Origin: Scyliorhinus canicula
Taxonomy: Eukaryota
DNA: 64,000 bases
Reading direction: 5' to 3'
Assembly: GCF_902713615.1 (NCBI RefSeq)
Contig: NC_052170.1
Span: 4,340,001-4,404,000 of the forward strand
The notes beneath the pieces are model-generated. The model had not been told where the DNA came from. It saw only the letters and a list, made by a program, of their open reading frames with translations, and made no database searches. Below, one piece after another: positions 13,969-37,514 of this stretch. Each line of letters opens with the position of its first letter. Position 1 is the stretch's first letter. The position numbers and the translations under genes are program-made.

Positions 13969-15546
13969 CTCTCCAATTGGGAATCCAACTTTCAACACAA
14001 AGAAAATATAAATTATTACACAATTATTATGGTGAGGGCTGGAGGAAGATAAGCAAAGGAGACAAGATGGTGTTTGAGGAAGTTTAATAAAAAAATAACA
14101 TCTTCACAAATTCTACCATCTCTCTCATACCACTCTCAAACTCTGGTATGGCAGGATAGTGTGGAGCTGCCCCCACCCACCATTCACAAAGGGAAATTGG
14201 AACACCACATTAAAAGATATGGACAGGAGCAGACGCAACAGTAGTGATTGCCTAGGTGTCAGGAGGTATATATAGTCTCAAACTTCCCACCACAGCCCTG
14301 GGGAGCAAAACAATAATCACACCAACATTAGCACCTAAACCTTTAGCTTCCTGCAGCTTTCTACCTCATTACTGCTACATGTGCTGGGTCACTCTGCTAC
14401 CTCCCATGAAAAATATTGAGCCAGCATTGATCAGTGTTCTGCATTAAAACCTGGTAACAGAAGTACAAATGCATTTGAAGCACCTCAGATACATATCAGT
14501 GTTTTTTGTTTTGTTTTTTAAAATAGGAGGCTTTGTGCCTTTATCACCTTTTCAGACATTGCATTCCAGACCTGGGTGATTAGAAAACATTCCTCAACTC
14601 CCCTAGAATTTTTCCACCAATTATTTAAAAAGAGATATTATCTTCTCCCAAAAGAAAAATCCTTCCTATCCCCTCAATGTCAGTCATGTCAGATAAATAA
14701 CAGAAAATGCAGGAGAAACTAAAATGCAGGAGAAACTAAGCAAGTCTGGCAGCATCCCTGGAGAGAAAAACAGAGTTAACATTTCAAATTCATATGACTC
14801 TTCAAATAAATCTACACTCAGCTTTTGTTCCAAACCAAAGAACATTGCATATTTTAGAAGAGGCCATTTGGCCCACCAAACCTGCACTCATCCACATTCC
14901 TTATTTAGACCGACTACTCATTGTACAAGAAATCTGTATCACTCCATTCCCCAACCATTTATGTGTCTATTAAGATACATCTTCAACATTATCATGCCTG
15001 CCTTCACCACCTCCATTAAAAACATGTTCCAGGCACCCACCACCTTCTGCATGAAAAATATTCCCTCTCAACTTGTACCTGTGACCCCTTGCAATTAACC
15101 AGCCTATACAATCCTTCCTAACCCTGGGAATGCTTCAGCTCTGGCAATATCCTTAGGTTAGGAGTAGCCTGTGAATCATTAACCTGACCACATCCGTCTT
15201 GTGTGTCAGCCAAAACTGGGCACAGTGGCTAGCACTGCTGCCTCACAGCACCAAGGGCCCAGGTTCAATCCCAGCCCCAGGTCACTCACTGTCTGTGTGG
15301 AGTTTGCAAATTCTCTGTGTGAGTCTCACCCCCACACAACCCAAAAGTTGTGCAGGTTAGGTGGATGGGCCATGATCAATGCACAAGGTTAGGGCAGGGG
15401 AGTGGGCAGGGCGCTCATTGGGAGGGTCAGCATAGACTCGATGGGCCAAACAGCCTCCCTTCTACAGGGTGCGGTCATGCTGACTCAGGGAGAGGGCCTG
15501 CTGGGAAGGAGGGACCTCTAACCGGCTCTGGGACCTCTCTCCGGAG

Positions 15547-15790
15547 ACTCACCACCCAGTGTCCCCAAGCCCACACAGACACCCATTCCCCATTTAAATC
15601 CCCCTCCATAACAACCACCCCGCCCCACCGGCGACACCCATTGGACCGCGCCCTTTACCACCCCGCCAATCCGCAGCCGCCCTGAGGAACCAGCTGACCA
15701 ATCGGAGCAGTACGCACGCGCACGCCTCAAAGTGCATCCTGGGAGTTGTAGTTCTCCCGTCTTCTGCTTTGACACGCCGCTCAATGCTGC
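15547..15790 (-). promoter_or_regulatory. CpG-rich promoter and non-coding first exon of the SSX2IP-like gene
   Basis: Donor GTGAGT at 15552-15547. CCAAT boxes (~15640, 15667, 15698), GC box ccgcccc (~15620), NRF1-like cgcacgcgcacgc (~15713-15725) and a ZNF143/THAP11-type ACTACAACTCCCAGGATGC on minus at 15752-15734. Confidence 0.75.
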
Positions 15791-17049
15791 CCCTTGTGGC
15801 AGGAGGTCCAATTAGCACAGAGACAGCAGAGTTACACCTGTCAGCACCTTTTAATGCATCCCAAAACAGCTCAGCAGCCAGTGCAGCATTGAGTAAGAAG
15901 TGGAGTACCCTCCCCCCCACACTCAATTCATTTTTTTCTTCCCTTCTGTTAATCTGACTTTAATTCACCCTCATTCCCCTTTGTTCAGAACTCACTCATC
16001 CCTGTCAGCTTCTTAATGAATCTTAAACACCTTCATTACATCCACCCACTAATCTTCTATACACAATCCAAGGTTAATCTAGGCAATTTATGGGTGGTTA
16101 GTGCTTAGTACTACTGCCTCACAGCACCAGGGTCCCAGCCTTGGGTCACTGTCTGTGCGGAGTCTGCACATTCTCCCTGTGTCTGCGTGGGTTTCCTCCG
16201 GGCGCTCCGGTTTCCTCCCACAAGTCCCGAAAGACGTGCTGTTAGGTGAATTGGACATTCTAAATTCTCCCTCTGTGTACCCGAACAGACTCCGGAATGG
16301 GCTGTTATAGGGGCTGTTTAGCACAGGGCTAAATCGCTGGCTTTGAAAGCAGACCAAGGCAGGCCAGCAGCACGGTTCGATTCCCGTAACAGCCTCCCCG
16401 AACAGGCGCCGGAATGTGGCGACTAGGGGCTTTTCACAGTAACTTCATTTGAAGCCTACTCGTGACAATAAGCGATTTTCATTTCATTTTCATGTGGCAA
16501 CTAAGGGGATTTTCACAGTAACTTCATTGCAGTGTTAATGTAAGCCTACTTGTGACAATAATAAAGATTATTATTGAATGGCCCCCTTCTGCACTACAAG
16601 GGAGTCTATGAAACATGGCCTCAATGTAAACCTTTTACCTCTGGCATAATTCCAGTAACTGTGCTACACCCCTCCAGAGAATCCTCACAGTGCAAAAGGA
16701 GGCCATTCAGCCCATCAAGTATGCACCTACCCACCGAAAGAACACCCCACCTCGGTTTCTCCCCCCTGCCCGCCCCTGCAATCCCTACCTAACCCTCACA
16801 TCTTTGGGCATAAAGCAGCAATTTAGCATGGCCAATTCCCCTAACCTGCACACCTTTGGACTCCTCCTGGGCCAATATGTCCTTCGCGAGGTTCAGTACT
16901 CAGAATTGAACACTGGGGCTGCAGTACTTCGGGCTGACCCTTATGTATAATCCCAGGATCTGAATCTCAGCAGGTTTTACAGCTAGGCTGCTGGAACCAG
17001 GTCAATGCCCATCTTCAGGGCTTGTGTGTTCACATCCAGCTGGCTGGAG

Positions 17050-17245
17050 AGGAACTTGCGGATAAGAACTCTGACATCTCCGCATACTTCTGATTCTGGC
17101 ATCTTGCACATCCGAGATTTAAATCGTTCCACCATTGACGGCCGTGCCTTAAGCTGTCTGGGCTTCCAGCTCTGGAATTCCCTCTCTAAAAAACTCTCCT
17201 CCACCAGTCTACCTCCTTTGAGACATTCTTTAAAACCTACTTCTC
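17050..17245 (+). mobile_element. L2-type LINE 3' fragment
   Basis: SDSGILHI..STIDGRALSCLGFQLWNSL resembles an L2 ORF2 C-terminus. Similar decayed piece at ~58680-58990. Confidence 0.55.
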
Positions 17246-18249
17246 CGAGAAATCGAAAAGCAGAACACTGTGGACGCTGGAAATCTGAAACAAAAACGGA
17301 AAATTCTGAAAACACCCAGAAAAAAAAAATTGATCATTCTGACAAATCTCATAATTTACTTGTCGATATGCGAGTAACAAAGTTTGCGAAGTAAATTGCT
17401 GCGGATGCTGGAATCTGAAACAGAAAATACTGGGCGATCTCAGCAGGTCTGACAGCCTCTGTGGAGAGCGGAGGGAGCTAACTTTTCGAGTCAGGGTGAC
17501 TCGTTTAGTCATAAAGATTTTAACTATGAAGCTGCTCTAGGAGGAAATTTGAAGATGTTGGGAGAATGTTTTTCTGTGGTTTCAGGAAAGCTCTGTAAGT
17601 TGGTGTGGGACTGTGTTGTGGTGAGAGGGGAAAACGAGATTTTACACGAGAAATGAGGGTGGCACAGTGGTTAGCACTGCTGCCTCACAGCATCAGGGAC
17701 CCCGAGTTCGAATCCGGCCTCGGTTAACTGTGTGGAGTTTACACGTTCTCCCCGTGTCTGCGTGGGTTTCCTCCCGCAGTTCAAAGATATGCAGCTTAGG
17801 TGGATTGGCACATGATCAATGTGCGGGTGAGAGGGATGGGGTGGTGGAGTTGACCCAGGTAGAGTGCTCTTTCGGAGGGTTGGTGCATAGGCCAAATGGC
17901 CTCCTTTTGCATTGTAGAGATTCTGCAGAAGCTCGGCAGAATCTGCGTAGAGAAGCAGAGTGAAGGTTTTCCAGCATTTCGGGAGCAATCATTTGGTCAT
18001 CTGTTCCAACACGATATCGCCTTATGGGTGCTGATGAGTGCTTCTGTGAAGCACTGTGGACTGTTTAACTATGTAAAAGGTACTTTATAAATAATGGCGG
18101 TTATTCATTCCACATTCCCTAGTTTAAGTGCACAAAGACAATTGGAGTTTTCCTACAGTATTGACCGCATTCTGAGTAGACATGAGCCCTGGCCTGTGAT
18201 GCTTTGTGCAACCCTCGTGTTCAGTAGACAGCGTTACCAAAGGGAATCC

Positions 18250-18530
18250 TACATTTATATAACGCCTTTCATGATGTCCCCAAGCACATTACAGCCAATG
18301 AGGTACTTGTTCAAAGTGTGGGTCACTGTTGTAATACCGGATACATGACAGCCACTGTGTGCACAGCACGTTCCCACCAAACAGCAATGTGGTAGTGACC
18401 TGAAAATCTGTTTGTTTGACGGATCAATATTGGCCAGGACGCTGGGGAGAACGCTTCTCGAATAGTAACTGTGGGAACTTCCACAGCCATCTGAGGGGCC
18501 TGACAGAGCGGAGCCTCTGTTTAATACTTT
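18250..18530 (-). mobile_element. Deu-domain (AmnSINE/SacSINE-like) SINE remnant
   Basis: Contains CAGCCAATGAGGTACTT..CAAACAGCAATG..AATATTGGCCAGGAC, characteristic of the Deu core read antisense. Other remnants at about 6420-6740, 13790-13910, 21590-21810, 23750-24965, 40180-40260 and 46480-46605. Confidence 0.6.
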
Positions 18531-18596
18531 AACCTAAAGTAAAGCAGCACCACAAGGTTTGACAAGTTGTCAGTTATAAATGTTTAATACAAATAC

Positions 18597-18602
18597 TTTA
18601 TT
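18597..18602 (-). terminator. CLPP polyadenylation signal
   Basis: tttatt on + (AATAAA on minus) ~75 nt after the stop codon. Confidence 0.65.
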
Positions 18603-18677
18603 GGCTTGATGCTGAAACTGCAATCCGACAAAATGTGGAAGGATTGGGCTGAAGGTCACTCAGGTGGACCGAACAGT

Positions 18678-28599
<9,922 letters not shown>

Positions 28600-28606
<7 letters not shown>

Positions 28607-28900
28607 CTTGTTTGCCCCGACCTCCGACCCGGAAGTGCACGCTAACCGGAAGCGACCGTGCCATGGCAACGCGGCCTGACCCCGAGCCGAGCCGGGGGCG
28701 GCCTGGGGAAAGTGACCGGGAGAGAGGAGAGGACAGGAGAGGAGAGGGAAGGGAGAGCGGCTAAACTCCAGCCGCTTCCGCCAGGCTGTCATCAACAACA
28801 ACCTCGGCAACCATTACAGTTACTCCGGCTGTTCCCGCCCGCCGCCGGAGAGAGGCCTGTGTTTGGCCGACCAGCGAGTAGCGCGGAGTTTGCAGCAGCC
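28600..28900. promoter_or_regulatory. CLPP CpG-rich promoter with tandem ETS/GABP sites and an RFX X-box
   Basis: CCGGAAGT 28629-28636, CCGGAAG 28646-28652, X-box-like CGTGCCATGGCAAC 28657-28670. The start context CAAGATGCTGC resembles the TISU element. Confidence 0.75.
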
Positions 28901-31900
28901 CCAGACACTGAGAGACCCCAGACACTGAGATACTCCAGACACTGAGATACTCCAGACACTGAGATACCCCAGACACTGAGATACTCCAGACACTGAGATA
29001 TTCCAGACACTGAGATACTCCAGACACTGAGATACTCCAGACACTGAGATACCCCAGACACTGAGAGACCCCAGACACTGAGATACTCCAGACACTGAGA
29101 TACCCCAGACACTGAGATACCCCAGACACTGAGATACTCCAGACACTGAGATACTCCAGACACTGAGATACCCCAGACACTGAGATACCCCAGACACTGA
29201 GATACTCCAGACACCCAGACACTGAGATACTCCAGCCACAGAGATACTCCAGACACTGAGATACTCCAGACACTGAGATACTCCAGACACTGAGATACCC
29301 CAGACACTGAGATACCCCAGACACTCAGATACCCCAGACACTGAGATACTCCAGACACCCAGCCACTGAGATACTCCAGCCACAGAGATACTCCAGACAC
29401 TGAGACACTCCAGACACTGAGATACTCCAGACACTGAGATACTTCTGACACTGAGATACTCCAGACACAGAGATACTCCAGACACTGAGACACTCCAGAC
29501 ACTGAGATACTCCAGACACTGAGATACTCCAGACACTGAGATACCCCAGACACTGAGATACTCCAGACACTGAGATATTCCAGACACTGAGATACTCCAG
29601 ACACTGAGATACTCCAGACACTGAGATACTCCAGACACTGAGATACTCCAGACACTGAGATACTCCAGACACTGAGACACTCCAGACACTGAGATACCCC
29701 AGACACTGAGATACTCCAGACACTGAGACACTCCAGACACTGAAATACTCTAGACACTGAGATACTCCAGACACTGAGATACTCCAGACACTGAGATACT
29801 CCAGACACTGAGATACTCCAGACACTGAGATATTCCAGACCCTGAGATACTCCAGACACTGAGATACTCCAGACACTGAGATACTCCAGACACTGAGATA
29901 CTCCAGACACTGAGACACTCCAGACACTGAGATACCCCAGACACTGAGATACTCCAGACACTGAGACACTCCAGACACTGAAATACTCTAGACACTGAGA
30001 TACTCCAGACACTGAGATACTCCAGACACTGAGATACTCCAGACACTGAGACACCCAGACACTGAGATACCCAGACACTGAGATACTCCAGACACTGAGA
30101 CACTCCAGACACTGAGATACCCCAGACACTGAGATACTCCAGACACTCCAGACACTGAGATACTCCAGACACTAAGATACCCCAGACACTGAGATACTCC
30201 AGACACTGAGATACTCCAGACACTGAGACACTCCAGACACTGAAATACTCCAGACACTGAGATACTCCAGACACTGAGATACTCCAGACACTGAGACACT
30301 CCAGACACTGAGACACCCAGACACTGCGATACTCCAGACACTGAGACACTCCAGACACTGAGATACTCCAGACACTGAGATACTCCAGACACCCAGACAC
30401 TGAGATACTCCAGACACTGAGACACTCCAGACACTGAGATACTCCAGACACTGAGATACTCCAGACACTGAGACACTCCAGACACTGAGACACTCCAGAC
30501 ACTGAGATATCCCAGACACCCCAGACACTGAGATACTCCAGACACTGAGATACTCCAGACACTGAGATAATCCAGAAACTGAGATACTCCAGACACTGAG
30601 ATACTCCAGACACTGAGATACCCCCGACACTGAGATACTCCAGACACTGAGATACTCCAGACACTGAGATACTCCAGACACTGAGATACTACAGACACTG
30701 AGATACTCCAGACACTGAGATACCCCAGAGACTGAGATACCCCAGACACTGAGATACTCCAGACACTGAGATACTCCAGACACTGAGATACTCCAGACAC
30801 TGAGATACCCCAGACATTGAGATACCCCAGACACTGAGATACTCCAGACTCTCAGACACTGAGATACCCCAGACACTAAGACACCCCAGACACTGAGACA
30901 CCCCAGACACTGTAATACTCCAGACACTGAGATACCCCAGACACTGAGATACCCCAGACACTGAGATACTCCAGACACTGAGATACTCCAGACACTGAGA
31001 TACTCCAGACACTGAGATACTCCAGACACTGAGATACCCCAGACATTGAGATACCCCAGACACTGAGATACTCCAGACTCTCAGACACTGAGATATCCCA
31101 GACACTGTAATACTCCAGACACTGAGATACCCCAGACACTGAGATACCCCAGACACTGTAATACTCCAGACACTGAGATACCCCAGACACTGAGATACCC
31201 CAGACACTGAGATACTCCAGACACTGAGATACTCCAGACACTGAGATACTCCAGACTCTCAGACACTGAGATACTCCAGACACTGAAATACTCCAGACAC
31301 TGAGATATCCCAGGTCTGAGATACCCCAGACACTGAGACACCCCAGACACTGTAATACTCCAGACACTGAGATACCCCAGACACTGAGATACTCCAGACA
31401 CTGAGAGACCCCAGACACTGAGATACTCCAGACACTGAGATACTCCAGACACTGAGATACTCCAGACACTGAGATAATCCAGAAACTGAGATACTCCAGA
31501 CACTGAGATACTCCAGACACTGAGATACTCCAGACACTGAGATACTCCAGACACTCAGATATCCCAGACACTGAGATACCCCAGACACTGAGATACTCCA
31601 GACACTGAGACACCCAGACACTCCAGACACTGAGATAACCCCAGACACTGAGATACTCCAGACACTGAGACAACCCAGACACTGAGATAATCCAGACACT
31701 GAGATACTCCAGACACTGAAATACTCTAGACACTGAGATACTCCAGACACTGAGATACCCCAGACACTGAGATACTCCAGACACTGAGATACTCCAGACT
31801 CCCAGACACTGAGATACCCCAGACACTGAGATAATCCAGACACTGAGATAATCCAGACACTGAGATACTCCAGACACTGAGATACTCCAAACACTGAGAC

Positions 31901-33630
31901 ACCCCAGACACTGAGACACTCCAGACACTGAGACACTCCAGACACTGAGATACTCCAGACACCCAGACACTGAGATACTCCAGACACTGAGACACTGCAG
32001 ACACTGAGACACTCCAGACACTGAGATACTCCAGACACCCAGACACGGAGATACTCCAGACACCCAGACACTGAGATACCCCAGACACTGAGATACTCCA
32101 GACACTGAGATACCCAGACACTGAGATACTCCAGACACTGAGATATCCCAGACACTGAGATACTCCAGACACTGAGATACCCCAGACACTGAGATACTCC
32201 AGACACTGAGACACCCAGACACTCCAGACACTGAGATACTCCAGACACTGAGACACCCAGACACTCCAGACACTGAGACACCCCAGACACTGAGATAACC
32301 CCAGACACTGAGATACTCCAGACACTGAGACACCCTGACACTGAGACACCCCAGACACTGAGACACCCCTGACACTGAGACACCCCAGGCACTGAGACAC
32401 TCCAGACACTGAGATACTCCAGACACTGAGATACCCCAGACACTGAGACACCCAGACACTGAGATACTCCAGACACTGAGACACTCCAGACACTGAGATA
32501 CTCCAGACACTGAGATAATCCAGAAACTGAGATACTCCAGACTCTCAGACACTGAGATACTCCAGACACTGAGATACCCCAGGCACTGAGACACTCCAGA
32601 CACTGAGATACTCCAGACACTGAGATAATCCAGAAACTGAGATACTCCAGACTCTCAGACACTGAGATACTCCAGACACTGAGATACCCCAGGCACTGAG
32701 ACACTCCAGACACTGAGACACTCCAGACACTGAGATACCCCAGACACTGAGACACTCCAGACACTGAGATACCCCAGACACTGAGATACCCCAGACACTG
32801 AGATACCCCAGACACTGAGATACTCCAGACACTGAGATACTCCAGACACTGAGATACCCCAGACACTGAGATACTCCAGACACTGAGATACTCCAGACAC
32901 TGAGATACTCCAGACACTGAGACACTCCAGACACTGAGATACTCCAGACACTGAGATAATCCAGAAACTGAGATACTCCAGACTCTCAGACACTGAGATA
33001 CTCCAGACACTGAGATACCCCAGGCACTGAGACACTCCAGACACTGAGACACTCCAGACACTGAGATACTCCAGACACTGAGATAATCCAGAAACTGAGA
33101 TACCCCAGACACTGAGATACCCCAGACACTGAGATACCCCAGACACTGAGATACTCCAGACACTGAGATACCCCAGACACTGAGATAATCCAGACACTGA
33201 GATACTCCAGACACTGAGATACCCCAGAAACTGAGATACCCCAGACACTGAGATACTCCAGACACTGAGGTATCCCAAACACCCCAGACACTGAGATACT
33301 CCAGACACTGAGATACTCCAGACACTGAGATAATCCAGAAACTGAGATACTCCAGACACTGAGATACTCCAGACACTGAGATACCCCAGACACTGAGATA
33401 CCCCAGACACTGAGGTATCCCAGACACCCCAGACACTGAGATACTCCAGACACTGAGATACTCCAGACACTGAGATAATCCAGAAACTGAGATACTCCAG
33501 ACACTGAGATACTCCAGACACTGAGATACCCCAGACACTGAGATACTCCAGACACTGAGATACTCCAGACACCCAGACACTGAGATACTCCAGACACCCA
33601 GACACTGAGATACTACAGACACTGAGATAC
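28900..33630. repeat. 17-bp tandem satellite (GACACTGAGATACTCCA)n, left arm, ~4.7 kb
   Basis: Hundreds of near-identical 17-nt units with variants (CCCC/CTCC, GATAATCCAGAAACT, shortened units). It is the source of the SGVSQCLEYLSVWSISV pseudo-ORFs. Confidence 0.98.
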
Positions 33631-36600
33631 AGTGCCTTGATCACGGAGGCCGAGGTCGTATTGGGGCAGGGGACAGAAAAAGGGAAGCGGGAGAATTTGT
33701 CGATAACGGTGAGGAAATAGATGTTGCGGTTGGTGGACGGGAGGGGCCCTTTGAAGCTCACGCTTAGTCGCTCAAAGGGCCCAGAGGCCTTCATCAGGCG
33801 GGCCTTGTCTGCTCGATAGAATTGCGGTTTGCATTCCGCACAGATCTGGCATGCCTTAGTCATGGCCTTGACCTCCCCTGTGGAGTAGGGTAGCTTGCAG
33901 GACTTGATGAAGTGGGCAAGCCGGTGGCAGAGGTCATCGTGGATGGATCTCAGGCGGTCCAATTGCGCGTTGGCGCACGTGCCGCGAGACAGGGCATCTG
34001 GGGACTCGTTGAGCTTACCCGGGCGATATTTAATATCGTACGTATAGGTGGAGAGCTCTATCCTCCACCTCAGAATTTTGTCGTTCTTTATTTTGCCCCG
34101 TTGTGCGTTATCGAACATAAAGGCGACCGGCCGTTGGTCGGTGATGAGGGTGAACCTCCTACCAGCTAGGTAGTGCCTCCAGTGTCGCACGGCCTCCACA
34201 ATGGCTTTTGCCTCCTTCTCGACTGCAGAGTGTCGAATTTCCGAGGCGTTGAGGGTTCGGGAGAAGAACGCTACTGGTCTGCCCACTTGGTTGAGGGTAG
34301 CAGCCAGGGCGACGTCTGATGCGTCGCTTTCTACTTGGAAGGGAATGGCTTCGTCCACCGCGTGCATGACGGCCTTGATGATGCCGGCCTTGATACGGTC
34401 GAAAGCCGACTGGGCCTCATCCGTCAGGGGAAAAACCGTGGTCTTAATGAGTGGCCGGGCTTTGTCCGCATATCTGGGGACCCACTGGGCGTAATAGGAG
34501 AAAAGCCCCAAGCACCGTTTGAATGCCTTGAGGCTACGGGGAAGGGGGAGTTCCTTAAGGGGACACATGCGGTCGGGGTCCGGGCCTAGGACCCCGTTTT
34601 CCGCGACGTAGCCGAGGATGGCGAGCCGGGTTGTGTGGAACACGCATTTCTCTTTCTTGTACGTGAGGTTGAGGGCCCGGGCAGTCTGGAGGAACTTCCT
34701 CAGGTTTGCGTCATGGTCCTGATGGTCATGGCCGCAGATGGTGACGTTGTCCAAGTACGGGAAGGTAGCCCATAAGCCGTACTGGTCCACCATTTGATCC
34801 ATCGCCCTCGGGAAAGCGGAGACTCTGTAACACCAAAGGGGACCCTGAGGAAGTGAAACAGCCGACTGGCTGCTTCAAAAGCCGTGTAGGGGCGGTCCTC
34901 TGAGCGGATATGGAGTTGATGGTAGGCCGATTTTAGGTCAACCGTGGAGAATACCCGATATGGGCGATGGAGTGACCACTTCAGCTATGCGGGGAAGTGG
35001 GTAAGCATCGAGTTGTGTAAAGCAGTTTATGGTCTGGCTATAATCCACTACCATTCGTTGCTTTTCCCCGGAGCGGACTACCAATACTTGAGCCATCCAA
35101 GGGCTGTTGCTGGCCTCTATGACCCCCTCTTTTAGTAGCCGCTGAACCTCTGACTTGATAAAAGTCATGTCTTGGGTACTGTACCGGCAACTCTTGGTGG
35201 CGATGGGCTTACAGTCGGGCGTGAGGTTCGCGAAGAGGCGGGGTGGCGCAACTTTGAGTGTCGCCAGGCTGCAGACAGTGAGTGGGGGCAGGGGTCCGCC
35301 GAACTTCAGTGTCAGGCTCCGGTGGCTGCACTGAAAGTCCAGACCGAGCAGCAGGGGGGGGGGCGCAGAGTTGAGGGAGGATGTAAAGTTTAAAATTGTA
35401 TTTAGCGCCTTGAATTGTGAGGTCAGCGACACAATACCCCGTGATTTGTACCGAATGGGACCCTGAGGCAAGGGCGATAGTTTGGGAGGCGGGATGGGTG
35501 CGCAGGGAGCAGTGCCTTACCGTGTCTGGGTGGATAAAGCTCTCCGTGCTCCCGGAGTCGAACAGGCAGGGAGTGTCATGGCCGTTGATTCGCACCCGCA
35601 TCATTGAGGTTCGCAGGTGCTTCGGCCGCGATTGATCGAGTGTGATCGCTCCTAGTTGCGGGCTGTTAGAGTCGAACTCACAAAATGGCCGCCCGGAGTC
35701 ACAAGATGGCCGCCGCCGCCGGTCGAACTTGTCGGGTTTCGAAGATGGCCGCCGCCAAGATGGCCGCTCCCATGACTCGCACGAGGTCGATGACGCGTCG
35801 GAAGTGGGCGTGCCCGGCCGCAGCGCGGCCACGTTGCGGGGTCTGTGAGACCAGGAGCTTGATTTCTGGGCCTGATGAGGATTTTGTTTGTGGCTTTTGG
35901 GCCCAGCCAGGCAGACTTTCGTAAAGTGCCCTTTCTTCCCGCAGTTGTTGCAGATCGCGGATCGGGCCGGGCAATGCTGACGTGGCTGCTGGCCTTGCCC
36001 ACAGAAATAATATGGGGAACCCCCGGAGTGAGTAGATCGTCACGTGGCACAGGCCTGTAGCGTGGCCAAGTCTGGAGGGGATAGAGAGGGGTTCGCAAGG
36101 TCCGCGGAGTACGTACGGAGGTTACGGTGGCCCTTTCGAGAGAAGAGGCGAGCGTTACCGTGCCCTGGAGATCCTTTGCCCCGTCTTCTAGGAGTCGCTG
36201 CCGGATGTACAAGGACCTGATACCAGACACAAGGTCGTCGCAAATATGTAAGTTCGTGTGGTCTTCTGCCGTCACTGCTTTGTGATCGTAGTTCCTCGCG
36301 AGCGCGGTGAGTCTTTCCACAAACTCGTCCAGCGTTTCCCCGGAACGCTGGCTGCAGGTTGAGAGCAAATGTCTGGCATGTACCTCGTTAGTAGGTTTTA
36401 TGAAGCGTTTCTTCAATATTTCCACGGCCGCCTCATAGCTCGTAGCAGTTTCGATCACGGCAGAGAGTCGGTGGCCCACCCAGCTTGCGAGTGCTGTCGA
36501 CATCAGTCGTTGAGGAGTCCAGATAGTCCTCAAAACACCGGAGCCAATGTTTAAACATTTCCGGGGCTTCCGGCGACCGAGCGTCCAGGTTGAGTTTCTC

Positions 36601-37010
36601 CGGGTTTAGAGCGCTGTCCATCTTGATGTGTCTGTAGATTAAATTGAGGCACTCTCAATTACGATGCCAGAGCGAGGTCGGTAATCAAAGGCTTTAATCA
36701 AGGGGCTGTTTAGCTCACAGGGCTAATCACTGGCTTTGAAAGCAGACCAAGGCAAGTCAGCAGCACGGTTCGATTCCCGTAACAGCCTCCCCGAACAGGC
36801 GCTGGAATGTGGCGACTAGGGGCTTTTCACAGTAACTTCATTTGAAGCCTACGCGTGACAATAAGCGATTTTCATTTCATTAATATACAGAGAACAGGAC
36901 AGCATTTGAGAGAAGTGTGCTCGCCACATGGAGCCTTATCCTATATACTGTTTCCTGGGGGCGTAGCCAGAGGCGGAGTCCCCCAGGGTTCCAAGCCTCT
37001 TAATAATCCA
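33630..37010 (-). mobile_element. Ty3/Gypsy LTR retrotransposon, decayed and 3'-truncated (5' LTR, gag, PR, RT, RNase H, partial IN)
   Basis: Short LTR ~37010-36645 (TATA ~36945, ATTAAA, ends CA). gag ATG at 36621 with a Cys/His knuckle (CNNCGKKGHFTKVC, ~35950). Protease LFDSGST, RT (RMVVDYS..DAYPLP, FPYLDNVT), RNase H (VESDASD, HSAVEKE, TDQ), integrase (HDDLCH..CQICAEC, FKGPLP, VIDKFSRFP) cut off at ~33630. Several frameshifts; no 3' LTR. Confidence 0.95.
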
Positions 37011-37384
37011 GACACTGAGATACTCCAGACACTGAGATACTCCAGACACTGAGATACTCCAGACACTGAGATACTCCAGACACCCAGACACTGAGATACT
37101 CCAGACACCCAGACACTGAGATACCCAAGAAACTGAGATACTCCAGACACTGAGATACTCCAGACACCCCGACACTGAGATACTCCAGACACTGAGATAC
37201 TCCAGAACTGAGATACTCCAGACACTGAGATACCCCAGACACTGAGATACTCCAGACACTGAGATACCCAAGAAACTGAGATACTCCAGACACTGAGATA
37301 CTCCAGACACCCCGACACTGAGATACTCCAGACACTGAGATACTCCAGAACTGAGATACCCCAGACACTGAGATACCCCAGACA
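37005..37384. repeat. 17-bp tandem satellite, right arm
   Basis: Same unit and orientation resume on the far side of the Gypsy element. Confidence 0.97.
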
Positions 37385-37514
37385 GTCCACACCTCCAGAT
37401 GCACCACTGGCTCCTCTTTGTTTCACTAATGTGATTATCCGTTGCCTGAGGTCAGACGTCAGCCAGCTGGCAGGTGTAGGAATGTAGTGTGGGTCAGTGC
37501 AAAAGCAAACCAAG

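Noticed and set aside
28663-28764. Plus-strand ATG ORF at the CLPP promoter
   Set aside because: Only 33 low-complexity codons, and the ATG lies within the X-box palindrome.
28761-33622. Very long minus-strand ORFs (up to 787 aa) of SGVSQCLEYLSVWSISV repeats
   Set aside because: Artefact of a 17-bp unit with no stops on one strand. All three frames give the same peptide and indels shift frames freely.
28900-37384. CRISPR-like array
   Set aside because: Units are contiguous with no unique spacers, there are no cas genes, and the context is eukaryotic.
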